A stretch of DNA of 64,000 nucleotides from Candidatus Omnitrophota bacterium (GTDB lineage: Bacteria; Omnitrophota; Gorgyraeia; Gygaellales; JBFMHM01), in contig JBFMHM010000004.1 of NCBI GenBank assembly GCA_040753015.1, positions 10,853-74,852 of the forward strand. Reading direction: 5' to 3'. The position numbers were made by a program, and so were the translations under genes. This document shows, piece after piece, positions 46,666 through 56,662 of this stretch; the first letter of the stretch is position 1; every line of letters starts with the position of its first letter. The notes beneath the pieces were generated by a model. That model was not told the DNA's origin, ran no database searches, and saw nothing but the letters and a program-made list of their open reading frames with translations.

Positions 46666-48003
46666 TTAAGCTTTTGTAGTCAGATTCTCAAACCGAGTGT
46701 ATTCTTTAATAAATACTAAATTCATAGATCCAACCGGGCCATTTCTTTGCTTTGCGAGTATTACTTCAGCAAGCCCCTGATTTTCTTCTGTAGGATTGTA
46801 ATATTCTTCTCTCAATAATAAAACAACTACATCGGCGTCCTGTTCGATTGCGCCCGATTCCCTTAAATCAGAAAGCTGCGGCCTATGATCTGTGCGAGAT
46901 TCAACTGCGCGCGATAATTGGCTTATCGCGATAACAGGTACATTTAGCTCGCGAGCAAGCGCTTTTAATGATCGAGAGATTTCCGAAATTTCCTGCTGAC
47001 GATTATCTATCCCTTGAGTACCACGCATAAGCTGCATATAATCTAAAATTATTAATTTGATATCATATTGCGATTTCAAGCGCCTTGCCTTTGCGCGCAA
47101 CTCCATAACTGAAATTGCTGGCGTATCATCAATAAAAATGGGGGCCTCCGATAACTTACTCGCGGCTTGGGTAAGTTTTGGCCAGTCGGATGTTGATAAA
47201 AAACCAGTTCTAACCTTATGCGCATCAATCTTGGCATAAGAACATAAAAGTCTTTGCACAAGCTGCTCCTTTGACATCTCAAGACTAAAAAAAGCAACCG
47301 GGATCTTTTCAGTTAAAGCAGCATTTTCTGCAATATTAATTACAAAAGCAGACTTCCCCATTGAAGGACGTGCAGCGATAACAATTAAATCAGAATCTTG
47401 CAACCCGGCAGTCTTTATATCAAAATCGATGAAACCCGTAGGAATACCTGTAACATGCGCCTTTTTCTGATAAAGCCTATCGATTGTTTCAATACTATTT
47501 TTTATAATTTCTTTTATTAACAGAATTGAGCTATCTTTTTTTTGTGAAGCAATTTCAAAGATTAAGCTCTCTGCCCTGTCTAATAAGTCTAAAACATTAT
47601 TTTCTTTATCATAAGCCTCGGTGATTATCTGATTAGAATTATTAATTAAAGAACGTAATATGGATTTTTCTTTTACGATTTGGGTGTAATATTCAATATT
47701 CGCTGCAGACGGAACAAAATTAACAAGCTCTGTAATATAACTTGCTCCGCCTATGACATCAAGCTCACCTTTAGTTTTTAATTCGTCGACAAGGGTAATT
47801 AAATCAATGGCTTTATTTTTGTTATATAAACTTATAATCGATGAGAATATTTTTTTATGCGCATCTTTATAAAAAAATGCTGCATCAAGTTTCTCGCAGG
47901 CAATACTAACCGCGTCTTCTTCAAGAAGCATCGAACCAAGAACGGCCATTTCTGCTTCAATATTTTGAGGAGGGGTCTTAAGAGGCGTATCTATTGTTAG
48001 CAT
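46666..48003 (-). CDS. dnaB: Replicative DNA helicase DnaB
   Basis: Walker A ARPSMGKSAF and a RecA-like C-terminal domain (IILDYMQLM); 445 aa. Confidence 0.9.
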   Translation of the reverse strand: MLTIDTPLKTPPQNIEAEMAVLGSMLLEEDAVSIACEKLDAAFFYKDAHKKIFSSIISLYNKNKAIDLITLVDELKTKGELDVIGGASYITELVNFVPSAANIEYYTQIVKEKSILRSLINNSNQIITEAYDKENNVLDLLDRAESLIFEIASQKKDSSILLIKEIIKNSIETIDRLYQKKAHVTGIPTGFIDFDIKTAGLQDSDLIVIAARPSMGKSAFVINIAENAALTEKIPVAFFSLEMSKEQLVQRLLCSYAKIDAHKVRTGFLSTSDWPKLTQAASKLSEAPIFIDDTPAISVMELRAKARRLKSQYDIKLIILDYMQLMRGTQGIDNRQQEISEISRSLKALARELNVPVIAISQLSRAVESRTDHRPQLSDLRESGAIEQDADVVVLLLREEYYNPTEENQGLAEVILAKQRNGPVGSMNLVFIKEYTRFENLTTKA

Positions 48004-48009
48004 AATTTA

Positions 48010-48453
48010 TTATTTTTTAACTATCCAGAGTTTTATTTTTGCAATAACTTCTGGATGGAGCTTTAATTCTACTTCATAAATACCTAATGACTTTAACGGC
48101 TCATCTAGCAAAATTTGTCTTTCCTCAATAATAAAACCTTCTGATTTCAAACTATCTAGTATATCCCGCTTTGTTACGCTTCCATAAAGCTTCTCTTCAG
48201 CAGTTGTCTCAACTCCGATAGTACAAGAGACGCCAGAAATTTCTTTAGCTAATTTTATAGCCGCTTCTTTCTCCTTCTCTAAAACTACCTGCCTTTTTTT
48301 CTTTAAATTCTCGGCCTGCTTAACTGCCTCCGGTGTTGATGCAATAGCTAAGTTTTTTGGGAATAAAAAATTTCTTGCATACCCATCCTTCACATTAACT
48401 ATATCGCCTTGCCTACCTAAACCATTAATATCCTGACTAAGTATTACTTTCAT
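48010..48453 (-). CDS. rplI: 50S ribosomal protein L9
   Basis: MKVILSQDINGLGRQGDIVNVKDGYARNFLFP, the canonical L9 N-terminus. The start is set at the internal Met. Confidence 0.9.
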   Translation of the reverse strand: MKVILSQDINGLGRQGDIVNVKDGYARNFLFPKNLAIASTPEAVKQAENLKKKRQVVLEKEKEAAIKLAKEISGVSCTIGVETTAEEKLYGSVTKRDILDSLKSEGFIIEERQILLDEPLKSLGIYEVELKLHPEVIAKIKLWIVKK

Positions 48454-48501
48454 AAACCTAACCTCTCGTTTAATATTTTGCACAAGGTTATATATAATAT
48501 C

Positions 48502-48762
48502 TTATTTACTAGGAAACAAAGCTAAGAATCGAGCACGCTTTATTGCTTCTGCCAGCCGCCTTTGATGCTTACTACAATTTCCTGAAATTCTTTTAGATAG
48601 AATTTTCCCACGCTCACTTAAAAATTGTGAAAGCCGATTAATATCCTTATAATCAATTGTGTCTTGCTTAGCTAAACAAAACTTACACTTTCTTTTTCTT
48701 GTGAATGAAGGATGCTGACTCTCCTGTCTTGGTTTTCTATATTCTCTTTTTTGAAATACCAT
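48502..48762 (-). CDS. rpsR: 30S ribosomal protein S18
   Basis: [14 protein letters not shown]...[27 protein letters not shown]. Confidence 0.9.
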   Translation of the reverse strand: MVFQKREYRKPRQESQHPSFTRKRKCKFCLAKQDTIDYKDINRLSQFLSERGKILSKRISGNCSKHQRRLAEAIKRARFLALFPSK

Positions 48763-48780
48763 GGTTAAAACCTCCTAATA

Positions 48781-49221
48781 TTACTCAATAGAACTTATAC
48801 TTTCCTCTTCACCAATAGATTCTGCAGATTGCGAATCTTCGTTATCCTGATTTCTCAAAGTACTAGCTACGCCCGATGGCTGGGTATTAGTATTTGGGCT
48901 TAAAAATTGAATGCGTTCGGCCCTTACTTCAACTACATTTCGCTTCTGGCCGCTTGCATCCTCCCATGAACGCGACTGCAGACGACCTTCTACAAAGATT
49001 GACTTACCTTTCTGTAAATATTGATTGCAGACTTCTGCCTGCTTATCCCAGGCAACGACTGTTATAAAACAAGTTTCATCCTTCATCTCACCGTTTCTAT
49101 CTTTAAATTTTCTATTCACCGCCATTCTTAAATTAACAACTGCAACACCTTGGGGTGTATAGCGAAGTTCCGGATCTTTGGTTAAATTACCAATTAATAG
49201 TATTTTATTCAAATTTGCCAT
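48781..49221 (-). CDS. ssb: Single-stranded DNA-binding protein
   Basis: OB-fold N-terminus (NKILLIGNLTKDPELRYTPQG.AV) and an acidic C-terminal tail (EEESISSIE). Confidence 0.9.
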   Translation of the reverse strand: MANLNKILLIGNLTKDPELRYTPQGVAVVNLRMAVNRKFKDRNGEMKDETCFITVVAWDKQAEVCNQYLQKGKSIFVEGRLQSRSWEDASGQKRNVVEVRAERIQFLSPNTNTQPSGVASTLRNQDNEDSQSAESIGEEESISSIE

Positions 49222-49231
49222 CTTATCCCCC

Positions 49232-49519
49232 CTATCCTTCTTTTATAATTTGTAGCCGCAAAATATCTTCGTTCAAACGGTAGTTTTCTTTTACAGAAAT
49301 AATCTTCAGAGGGTTTAATTCAAAATTGACTAAAAAATAATCAGCCTCATGAAACTTTTTTATAGGGAAATTTAATTTCTTTTTTTCTGCCCATACCGAA
49401 GAGCTCAAAATCTTGCCTTCATTTTTTGTTATCACATCTTGTATAACATCGAAAAGCGCTTTCTTTTTTGATTCACTTATATCCGATTTTGTAATAAACA
49501 TCGCTTCATACTTATTCAT
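49232..49519 (-). CDS. rpsF: 30S ribosomal protein S6
   Basis: MNKYEAMFI... S6-like; the rpsF-ssb-rpsR-rplI order is conserved. Confidence 0.8.
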   Translation of the reverse strand: MNKYEAMFITKSDISESKKKALFDVIQDVITKNEGKILSSSVWAEKKKLNFPIKKFHEADYFLVNFELNPLKIISVKENYRLNEDILRLQIIKEG

Positions 49520-49542
49520 ATTTCTCCTCAATTTTTTTTGTT

Positions 49543-50094
49543 TTAATTATATTTATCCATTGCTTTTTTAATACCGAAATTATGCCAAAACATAGCTGCT
49601 TGGCTTGCATCTTCAATTAACTTTTCCAAACACCCTAATTCTTCTTTTCTAAACCTTGAAAGCACAAAATCGCTCGTGTCCATTCTACTATTTCTACCTA
49701 TACCAAAACGCAAACGGCAAAATTCTTTACTCTTTAGGGAATTGATTACTGACTCGACTCCTTTGTGTCCGCCGCTTGAAGAGCCAAAACTAAATTTTAT
49801 TCTGCCAAAATCTAAATCAACATCATCATAAATAATAAGTAACTTATTTAAATTAATATTATAATTTTTTATTAATTTAGATACTGCCCCTCCAGATAAA
49901 TTCATAAAGGTTTCTGGTTTTGCAAGGACGATTTCATTTTTTATATCTTTTCCCAAAGAACTATGTGAAATTTTATCTTTTCTAAATTTTATGCCTGAAT
50001 CCTTAGCAAGTTTATCGAGAATAATGAAACCAATATTATGACGCGTATATTTATATTCTAAACCGGGATTACCCAGCCCTATTATCAATTCCAT
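49543..50094 (-). CDS. pth: Peptidyl-tRNA hydrolase
   Basis: MELIIGLGNPGLEYKYTRHNIGF, the canonical Pth N-terminus with the catalytic His. Confidence 0.9.
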   Translation of the reverse strand: MELIIGLGNPGLEYKYTRHNIGFIILDKLAKDSGIKFRKDKISHSSLGKDIKNEIVLAKPETFMNLSGGAVSKLIKNYNINLNKLLIIYDDVDLDFGRIKFSFGSSSGGHKGVESVINSLKSKEFCRLRFGIGRNSRMDTSDFVLSRFRKEELGCLEKLIEDASQAAMFWHNFGIKKAMDKYN

Positions 50095-50105
50095 TATAAA
50101 AAGAC

Positions 50106-50816
50106 TTACTTTTTCTCTTCCTTTTCTTTTGGTGCTTGGGCTTGAGCCTCTTCTTCAGTCTTTGGTTTCTTTTCTTTAATTACCTCTGGCTCCTGAGGCG
50201 CAGCACCACCCGCCAATTCTTCAGTAGACGCTGCTGTTTCTTTAGCAGGCGGCAAAACAGTTAAAACTGGTGCATTCAAATCAGATAATATCTTAATATC
50301 GGAGGCGACTTTTAGATCTTTCACAAGTATAGCATCCCCAATTTTAAGATTAGTCACATCTGCTTCTATATTTTCAGGAATACTTGTTGGCAAACACTCA
50401 AGTTCGACTTCCCACATAACATGATCAAGCGTACCACCATCCTGCTTAACCCCAATAGCTTCACCACGGGCACTAACAGGCACTTTTACCTTAATTACCT
50501 TCGTTAAGGAAATCTGGCAAAAATCAATATGTATTATTTTATCGCTAACTGGATGATATTGTATTTCTTTTATCATTACCGGAACCGGCTTAGACTCTTT
50601 ACCATCTTTCTTTACTATATCCAGCTTTAAAACCGCATTCTCAATATGATGCCCGTGCATGAGCTTATTAAGATCAGCATAATTTACTTGCAAAGACCGG
50701 CTTTTACCTTTATCTGGATAAACAACAGCTGGTATGATCCCTGCCTTACGCAATCTGTTTAGGCTACCTTTACTTGAACCATCTCGTTCTTCTACCTTTA
50801 ATATTAATTCTTCCAT
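50106..50816 (-). CDS. ctc: 50S ribosomal protein L25 / general stress protein Ctc
   Basis: 236 aa with an L25 N-terminal beta-barrel domain and an Ala/Glu/Lys-rich tail. It lies upstream of pth. Confidence 0.8.
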   Translation of the reverse strand: MEELILKVEERDGSSKGSLNRLRKAGIIPAVVYPDKGKSRSLQVNYADLNKLMHGHHIENAVLKLDIVKKDGKESKPVPVMIKEIQYHPVSDKIIHIDFCQISLTKVIKVKVPVSARGEAIGVKQDGGTLDHVMWEVELECLPTSIPENIEADVTNLKIGDAILVKDLKVASDIKILSDLNAPVLTVLPPAKETAASTEELAGGAAPQEPEVIKEKKPKTEEEAQAQAPKEKEEKK

Positions 50817-50846
50817 TTTATTGCCTTCACCTTGTTTTATAAGTTG

Positions 50847-51785
50847 TTAAACGAATAATGAGCTAATTGATTCTTCGCTATGAATCCTTTTTATTGCCTC
50901 GGCAAGTAGGCCTGCTATCGACAACTGCCTAATCCTAGAGTGCTTTTTATGATCATCCAAAGGAATGCTATCTGTAATAATAAGCTCCTTAAGGTTAACG
51001 CATGCGTCAACCTTGCTTATTGCCGGGCCTGATAAAACACCATGGCTAATTGCAGCATATATTGATTTTGCGCCTTCTTTTTTTAAAACATCAACTGCCT
51101 CAATTAACGAACTACCGGTTGCAATAATATCATCAACAATAACCAAATTTTTATCTTTCACATCTCCAAGTATATGCATCGCCTCTGTTGACTCTGGGCT
51201 AACCCGCCTCTTATCAACTATAGCAAGGCCGGCGGAAAGCCTCTTTGCATAAGCCCTTGCCATCTTTATACTTCCAACATCCGGAGAAACAACAACTAAA
51301 TCCTTTAAGTTCATCTTTTTGAAATAATCTTCGAAAACATTTACAGCATATAGGTTATCAAGAGGAATGTCAAAAAAACCCTGAATCTGATCAGCATGTA
51401 AATCAAGCGTAAGCACTCTATCTGCGCCTGAAACAGTTAGAAGATTGGCAACAAGTTTTGCAGTTATAGGAACACGCGGCTGATCTTTTCTATCTTGCCT
51501 AGCATAACCATAATAAGGAATTACGGCTGTAATCCTCTGCGCAGAAGCGCGTTTTAAAGCGTCAATAATAATAAGCATCTCCATCAAATTTTCATTAACC
51601 GGCGGACAGGTTGGCTGAACCAAAAAAACATCTTTACCTCTAACATTATCGTTAATTTTTACACGAATCTCCCCTTCAGAGAACCGGCTCACAAACGCAT
51701 TAGCTATTGTAACATTAAGATTTTCACAAATACTTAATGCAAGCTCCCTATGGGCATTACCAGTAACTATTGTTAACTTATTCAC
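50847..51785 (-). CDS. prs: Ribose-phosphate pyrophosphokinase
   Basis: 312 aa with a PRPP-binding loop (VIVDDIIATGSS) and the canonical N-terminus. Confidence 0.9.
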   Translation of the reverse strand: MNKLTIVTGNAHRELALSICENLNVTIANAFVSRFSEGEIRVKINDNVRGKDVFLVQPTCPPVNENLMEMLIIIDALKRASAQRITAVIPYYGYARQDRKDQPRVPITAKLVANLLTVSGADRVLTLDLHADQIQGFFDIPLDNLYAVNVFEDYFKKMNLKDLVVVSPDVGSIKMARAYAKRLSAGLAIVDKRRVSPESTEAMHILGDVKDKNLVIVDDIIATGSSLIEAVDVLKKEGAKSIYAAISHGVLSGPAISKVDACVNLKELIITDSIPLDDHKKHSRIRQLSIAGLLAEAIKRIHSEESISSLFV

Positions 51786-53032
51786 TTTATCCTCCTGGCC
51801 GGCACACCAATAACTACCTGTTTGTCTTTTACGTCTTTAGTAACCACACAACCTGCTCCAGTAACAGCTTTTTTACCAACTTTCACTGGAGCAACTAAAA
51901 TAGAATCAGAACCGATGAATGCACCATCGCCAATCAAGGTTTTATTTTTATTAACACCATCATAGTTTGCCGTAACTGTACCGGCGCCAATATTTACATT
52001 TCTACCAATATTAGTATCGCCTAAATAACTAAAATGCTTAACTAAAGTATTAATGTCAATTGAGGAGCGGTTTATTTCAGTGAAATTACCAATACAAACT
52101 CCTGGTTTAAGGCGAGTACCCGGCCGAAGATGGCAAAAAGGTCCAAGCTTACAATTTCGACCAATTCTAACATCTTTTTCTATAACTGTAAAGGGATAAA
52201 TTATCGTACCTTTACCTATCAAAACATCTTCATCGATAAAAGTAGTCTGGGGGCTTTTTATGTCTAATCCGTTATCAATAAATCTATAGATAATTTCTAA
52301 ACGCCTGGCCTCTTGGGCACAGCTCAAATCCCGTCGCGAATTAATTCCAAATACTTCATTATCATCCTCCAAAACAAACCCACCTAATTTTAAATTACTT
52401 CGGTACAAAAGATCTATAATATCAGTTAAATAGAATTCTTTTTTCTTCTGGTTAAGCTTAATCTCATCAATGAATTTAAAAAGAACATCATTCTTAAAAC
52501 ACATAATACCAGTATTAATCTCATCTAGATTTTTTTGTTCGGCACTTAAATCTTTATCTTCTACAATCGAGAGAATCTCACCTGATGCATTACGGATAAT
52601 CCTACCAAAACCTTTAGGGTTCTGTACTTTGGCAGTTAAAACTGTACAATCATTTAAATTTTTTCTATGATAATCTATTAATGCCTTAAGGGTTTCTTTT
52701 TTTATTAAAGGCATATCTACATAAATTATTAATGTATCGCCAGAAAAATTTTTCAATATATCCTTTGTAGATCTAATAGCGTCTGCCGTACCGAGTAATT
52801 TTTTCTGTTCAACCGTAATTATACCCTTATATTTTTTCAAAGAGCCTATAACTTTCTCTTTCTGAAAACCAACGATAATAGCAATCTTATTCGGAAATAA
52901 CCTTACCGCTTTTTTAAGACTAATCTCTAAAAGCGTTTCACCACAAACTGTATGAAGGGCTTTTGCCAAATTTGACTTAAGCCGAGTGCCCTTTCCCGCC
53001 GCCAAAATTATGGCTGCTAATTTTTTTTTCAT
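51782..53032 (-). CDS. glmU: UDP-N-acetylglucosamine pyrophosphorylase / GlcN-1-P acetyltransferase (GlmU-like)
   Basis: AIILAAGKGTRLKS nucleotidyltransferase motif, plus C-terminal hexapeptide repeats. Confidence 0.8.
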   Translation of the reverse strand: MKKKLAAIILAAGKGTRLKSNLAKALHTVCGETLLEISLKKAVRLFPNKIAIIVGFQKEKVIGSLKKYKGIITVEQKKLLGTADAIRSTKDILKNFSGDTLIIYVDMPLIKKETLKALIDYHRKNLNDCTVLTAKVQNPKGFGRIIRNASGEILSIVEDKDLSAEQKNLDEINTGIMCFKNDVLFKFIDEIKLNQKKKEFYLTDIIDLLYRSNLKLGGFVLEDDNEVFGINSRRDLSCAQEARRLEIIYRFIDNGLDIKSPQTTFIDEDVLIGKGTIIYPFTVIEKDVRIGRNCKLGPFCHLRPGTRLKPGVCIGNFTEINRSSIDINTLVKHFSYLGDTNIGRNVNIGAGTVTANYDGVNKNKTLIGDGAFIGSDSILVAPVKVGKKAVTGAGCVVTKDVKDKQVVIGVPARRIK

Positions 53033-53045
53033 ATCATTTGTACTA

Positions 53046-53861
53046 TTATAAACCAGAATCAGTAATGCCCGGTTCTGTTTCTGAAATCAATATCATGATT
53101 TTATAAGGAAATCCTGGAGGAGGCGTAAAATCATATTTAATCCAAAACTCTTTTGAATTCTCTTTTTCGCCAACAATCCACTTCTCTACTATAATTGTAT
53201 TGCCCTCTTTTTGTCTAATTCGCTCAACGAAAATTGGCGTAATATATTTATATCCCAGAATAATTGACTGTTTTTCTATGGCCGCTATAGTGTCTTTAAT
53301 TAATGCCTCGTCGCCAATAGGATAACCTTTAATTGTAATTATTATTTTCTTATCGGAATCAACGCTCGATTTATACTCTAATTCTAGTTTTAATTCTTGC
53401 TCTTTTATAATGTTCAGATGTTCTCCTACAAAATCACCTTTTAAAGCATTATAAGTATCCTTCGTATACCCTAATTCCTTTGCGCGCTCATAGTATAATT
53501 TAGCCTCAGCTATCTCTCCATCATTAATAAGCATACCCGCCAAATAGTATAAAGCTCTTTTGTGTTCAGGGAAAATATGGATAGCTTTTTTAAAATTATC
53601 AATAGCTTCTTGATTGTTGCCCTTCTTGCCATATAATACCCCGATATCAAAAAAAGCCTCGCTATATGTTTGTACATAATAATCGCTAGGGAGATTAGCT
53701 GGATCTGAGTTAACTACTTTATAAAACTCATTGATTGCTTCATCCTCCATGCCTTGTTGGGAGTATTGCATACCTTTTTGAAAATAATTTTCGACTTCCT
53801 CCATCGTAGAAGCAAAAACAAGGCTAGGTGCTAAAATTAATAATACCAGCAATTTTATCAT
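53046..53861 (-). CDS. TPR-repeat secreted protein
   Basis: Signal peptide, then tandem TPR-like repeats (AINEFYKVV..., AIDNFKKAIHIFPEH...). The start is set at the internal Met to avoid overlap. Confidence 0.5.
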   Translation of the reverse strand: MIKLLVLLILAPSLVFASTMEEVENYFQKGMQYSQQGMEDEAINEFYKVVNSDPANLPSDYYVQTYSEAFFDIGVLYGKKGNNQEAIDNFKKAIHIFPEHKRALYYLAGMLINDGEIAEAKLYYERAKELGYTKDTYNALKGDFVGEHLNIIKEQELKLELEYKSSVDSDKKIIITIKGYPIGDEALIKDTIAAIEKQSIILGYKYITPIFVERIRQKEGNTIIVEKWIVGEKENSKEFWIKYDFTPPPGFPYKIMILISETEPGITDSGL

Positions 53862-53868
53862 ATTTAAA

Positions 53869-54210
53869 TTAAAAATTAATGAGACCTGATAACATTTTAC
53901 AAATTTCATCTAAACTTTCCTTATAAATTTCAGCCTTTTTACCTTCGATTAAACTCTTTCGTTTACAAACTTCAATAATTGGTACGCACTCAAAAGCTGA
54001 ACCTCGGGCTATTCTGAAAAAATTTATCCTATCAGCTTTATGATACCTGCCATTGCCCTCAGCTATATTTGTTGCAATGGATAACGAAGCACGATTTAAT
54101 TGATCAACAAGATAATAATTACCTTTTGGAAATGTCTCTGTTAAATTAGTAATCTCATCTGCTAGCGCAATCGATTTTTTATAAACTTCAAGATTCTCAA
54201 ACAAAAACGG
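53869..54210 (-). CDS. Four-helix-bundle protein (23S rRNA intervening-sequence protein family)
   Basis: LEVYKKSIALADEI...NIAEGNGRYHKADRINFFRIARGSAFE, typical of the TIGR02436 family. Confidence 0.75.
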   Translation of the reverse strand, partial: PFLFENLEVYKKSIALADEITNLTETFPKGNYYLVDQLNRASLSIATNIAEGNGRYHKADRINFFRIARGSAFECVPIIEVCKRKSLIEGKKAEIYKESLDEICKMLSGLINF

Positions 54211-54328
54211 CATATTTTTTGAACAATAGAACAATTGATAATAGAACGCAATTGAGCTTTTTGTCTATTGTTCTATTTTCTATTGCTCAATTGCTCTACT
54301 AAAAATTTTACAGCATTAAAATTTTTAG

Positions 54329-54399
54329 TTGCCCGGTGAGGATTCGAACCTCAACAACGAGATCCAAATTCTCGAGTGCTACCATTACACTACCGGGCA
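54329..54399 (-). tRNA. tRNA-Gln (anticodon UUG)
   Basis: TGCCCGG/CCGGGCA acceptor, anticodon stem CGAGA/UCUCG with loop AUUUGGA, T-loop GGTTCGAATCC. Short at 71 nt. Confidence 0.7.
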
Positions 54400-54405
54400 A
54401 TTAGT

Positions 54406-54825
54406 TTATAAATCGCCTAATTCCTCGCGAGATTCACCCATATGAGCTGAAGATGGCACTGAACTTTCTTTCTCAAATGCATCAATAACTTTTTTCTGTA
54501 AATATTCACGAAATGTTTGCGTAATCGGATGGCAAATATCTTTATGTTCACTTTCTGTATCGCTTACGCTTACTGGCCTTTGCATTTGAGGCAATTGGGC
54601 ACCGCATTGATTACAAAATTTACTTCTAGATTCATTACGGAAACCACATTTTGAACATGGCTGCTTTACTTTTCTTGAAGGCATAGCAATAAATAAACCG
54701 CTAGTCCCCTGGATTACTTTAATATTTCTAACAACAAATGCGCTATCAAATGTAACTGTTGCATATGCCCTTAATTTTTTGTCCTGACTCTCTCTAGGAA
54801 AAATCCTAACTTCGGTGATTTCCAT
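54406..54825 (-). CDS. spoVG: SpoVG-family protein with an inserted zinc-ribbon
   Basis: MEITEVRIFPRESQDKKLRAYATVTFDSAFVVRNIKVIQGTSGLFIAMPSRK matches the SpoVG core. CSKCGF...CNQCG is inserted where the canonical loop lies. Confidence 0.75.
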   Translation of the reverse strand: MEITEVRIFPRESQDKKLRAYATVTFDSAFVVRNIKVIQGTSGLFIAMPSRKVKQPCSKCGFRNESRSKFCNQCGAQLPQMQRPVSVSDTESEHKDICHPITQTFREYLQKKVIDAFEKESSVPSSAHMGESREELGDL

Positions 54826-54851
54826 ATAATGCCTCCTTAAAAGATGAATAA

Positions 54852-55709
54852 TTAGTATGTTTTTACAATATATACCTGCCCAACTTTGCCTTTCTTCAGC
54901 TGTTTATATATATTATCTGCCTCCTTTCTCGAGTTCACTATACCAAAGACCGCGCTCCCACTTCCACTCATAAGTCTATATTTTACATTAAGTTGCGAAA
55001 ATTTATCTTTTATCCTCATAATCCGTGGATCTACAATAGATTCAAAAGAATTAAACAAATTATTTTTTAAAAAATTTTTATTTATCTGCCGAATTTTAAG
55101 GCATTTAATTTTAACACTCTGAGCTTCTTTTGTCAATCGCAAATAATCATCAAATTTATGATACATTTTACTAGTAAGATTTTTGAAATATGGTGCAACC
55201 AAAACATGCCAAAATTTAATATTCTTATGTTTTAATATAGGCGTCAATCTATCTCCACGCCCCAGGCCTAAAGCAAACCTAGAATTTAAAACAAAAAATG
55301 ACACATCTGAGCCAATTATTCGCGCTAAATTAAGCAATTCGCCAAGGCTCAACTTTAGTCTAAAAATTTTATTTAAAGCTAGAATCACCGTTGCAGCATT
55401 ACTAGAAGCTCCTCCTAAACCTGCGCCGATAGGTATTATTTTTTTTATTTTTATATTAATACCTGCTTCTATATGAAATTTATTTTTAATTAAAAGGGCT
55501 GCTTGGTAAGCGAGGTTTGATTTTAAAGGGCAAATTGGCCTATCGGAATAAATTTTAATTACACCTGAATTATTTATGCTAATACGGATTTCGTCGCATA
55601 AATTGATTCTTTCAAAAATTGTTTCTAAATTATGAAAGCCATCTTTTCTTCTATTTTTTATTTTTAGAAATAGGTTTAATTTTGCTGGCGAGTGAAACTT
55701 AAAAATCAT
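54852..55709 (-). CDS. ispE: 4-diphosphocytidyl-2-C-methyl-D-erythritol kinase
   Basis: PAKLNLFLKI N-terminus and GHMP kinase motif PIGAGLGGASSNAA; 285 aa. Confidence 0.85.
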   Translation of the reverse strand: MIFKFHSPAKLNLFLKIKNRRKDGFHNLETIFERINLCDEIRISINNSGVIKIYSDRPICPLKSNLAYQAALLIKNKFHIEAGINIKIKKIIPIGAGLGGASSNAATVILALNKIFRLKLSLGELLNLARIIGSDVSFFVLNSRFALGLGRGDRLTPILKHKNIKFWHVLVAPYFKNLTSKMYHKFDDYLRLTKEAQSVKIKCLKIRQINKNFLKNNLFNSFESIVDPRIMRIKDKFSQLNVKYRLMSGSGSAVFGIVNSRKEADNIYKQLKKGKVGQVYIVKTY

Positions 55710-56662
55710 TTAAGTAGGGTATACGCTGCCTTTACAATATCGTCACTTGTTAAATTGTATTCTTTAAATAGTTCTTTTGGAGTCCCAGACTGGCCAAATC
55801 TATTCTTAACAGCTACCCGCAAAACTTTGGCAGGATTATTTTCTGAAACAATTTCATCTACCGCAGACGCAAGACCACCTGAAATCTGATGCTCTTCGCA
55901 AACAATAATACCTTTAGTTTGACGCGCCGCATCTAAAACTGCATCTTTATCTAAAGGTTTAATTGTATGCATATTAATTACTCGTGCATTAATATTTTCT
56001 TTCTTTAAGCTTTCGGCAGCTGAAATTGCTGCTTCAACCATAATACCACAGGCAATAATGGCTAGATCGTTACCCTCATACAACTTATAAGATTTACCCA
56101 ATTCAAATTTTTGTCTTCCTTCAATGCTGTTTACTTTTGCCCTGCCTAATCTTATATAAAACGGGCCGGGAGTATTAAAAGCTGTAACTATTGCTTCTTT
56201 GGTTTCAGGGCCATCACAAGGAACTATTATTTTCATATTAGGTATTACGCGCATAAGAGCTATATCCTCTAAAGCTTGATGACTTGCCCCATCCTCTCCA
56301 ACACTAACGCCTGCATGTGTCGCAACGATTTTAACATTCAAATCATTATAACAAATCGTATTCCTTACCTGATCCCATGCCCGCCCGGTTGCAAAGATTG
56401 CAAATGTAGATGCAAAGACGATTTTACCGGAACTCGCCAGGCCTGCTGCTGTGGCCATCATATTTTGTTCAGCAACGCCAAAATTAAAAAATCTACTAGG
56501 ATAGGCCTTATTAAAAAGCGCTGTCCTTGTTGAATTGGATAAATCTGAATCAACAACAACTATATTATGGCTAGATTTACCTAATTCTACCAAGGTTTGA
56601 CCATAGACATCTCTTTGATATAATGCTTCTGCCATTATTCGAGATCCTTTAATGCGATACAC
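55706..56662 (-). CDS. Transketolase, C-terminal (pyrimidine-binding) subunit
   Basis: 318 aa; transketolase Pyr and C-terminal domain sequence, adjacent to the N-terminal subunit gene. Confidence 0.85.
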   Translation of the reverse strand: MYRIKGSRIMAEALYQRDVYGQTLVELGKSSHNIVVVDSDLSNSTRTALFNKAYPSRFFNFGVAEQNMMATAAGLASSGKIVFASTFAIFATGRAWDQVRNTICYNDLNVKIVATHAGVSVGEDGASHQALEDIALMRVIPNMKIIVPCDGPETKEAIVTAFNTPGPFYIRLGRAKVNSIEGRQKFELGKSYKLYEGNDLAIIACGIMVEAAISAAESLKKENINARVINMHTIKPLDKDAVLDAARQTKGIIVCEEHQISGGLASAVDEIVSENNPAKVLRVAVKNRFGQSGTPKELFKEYNLTSDDIVKAAYTLLK

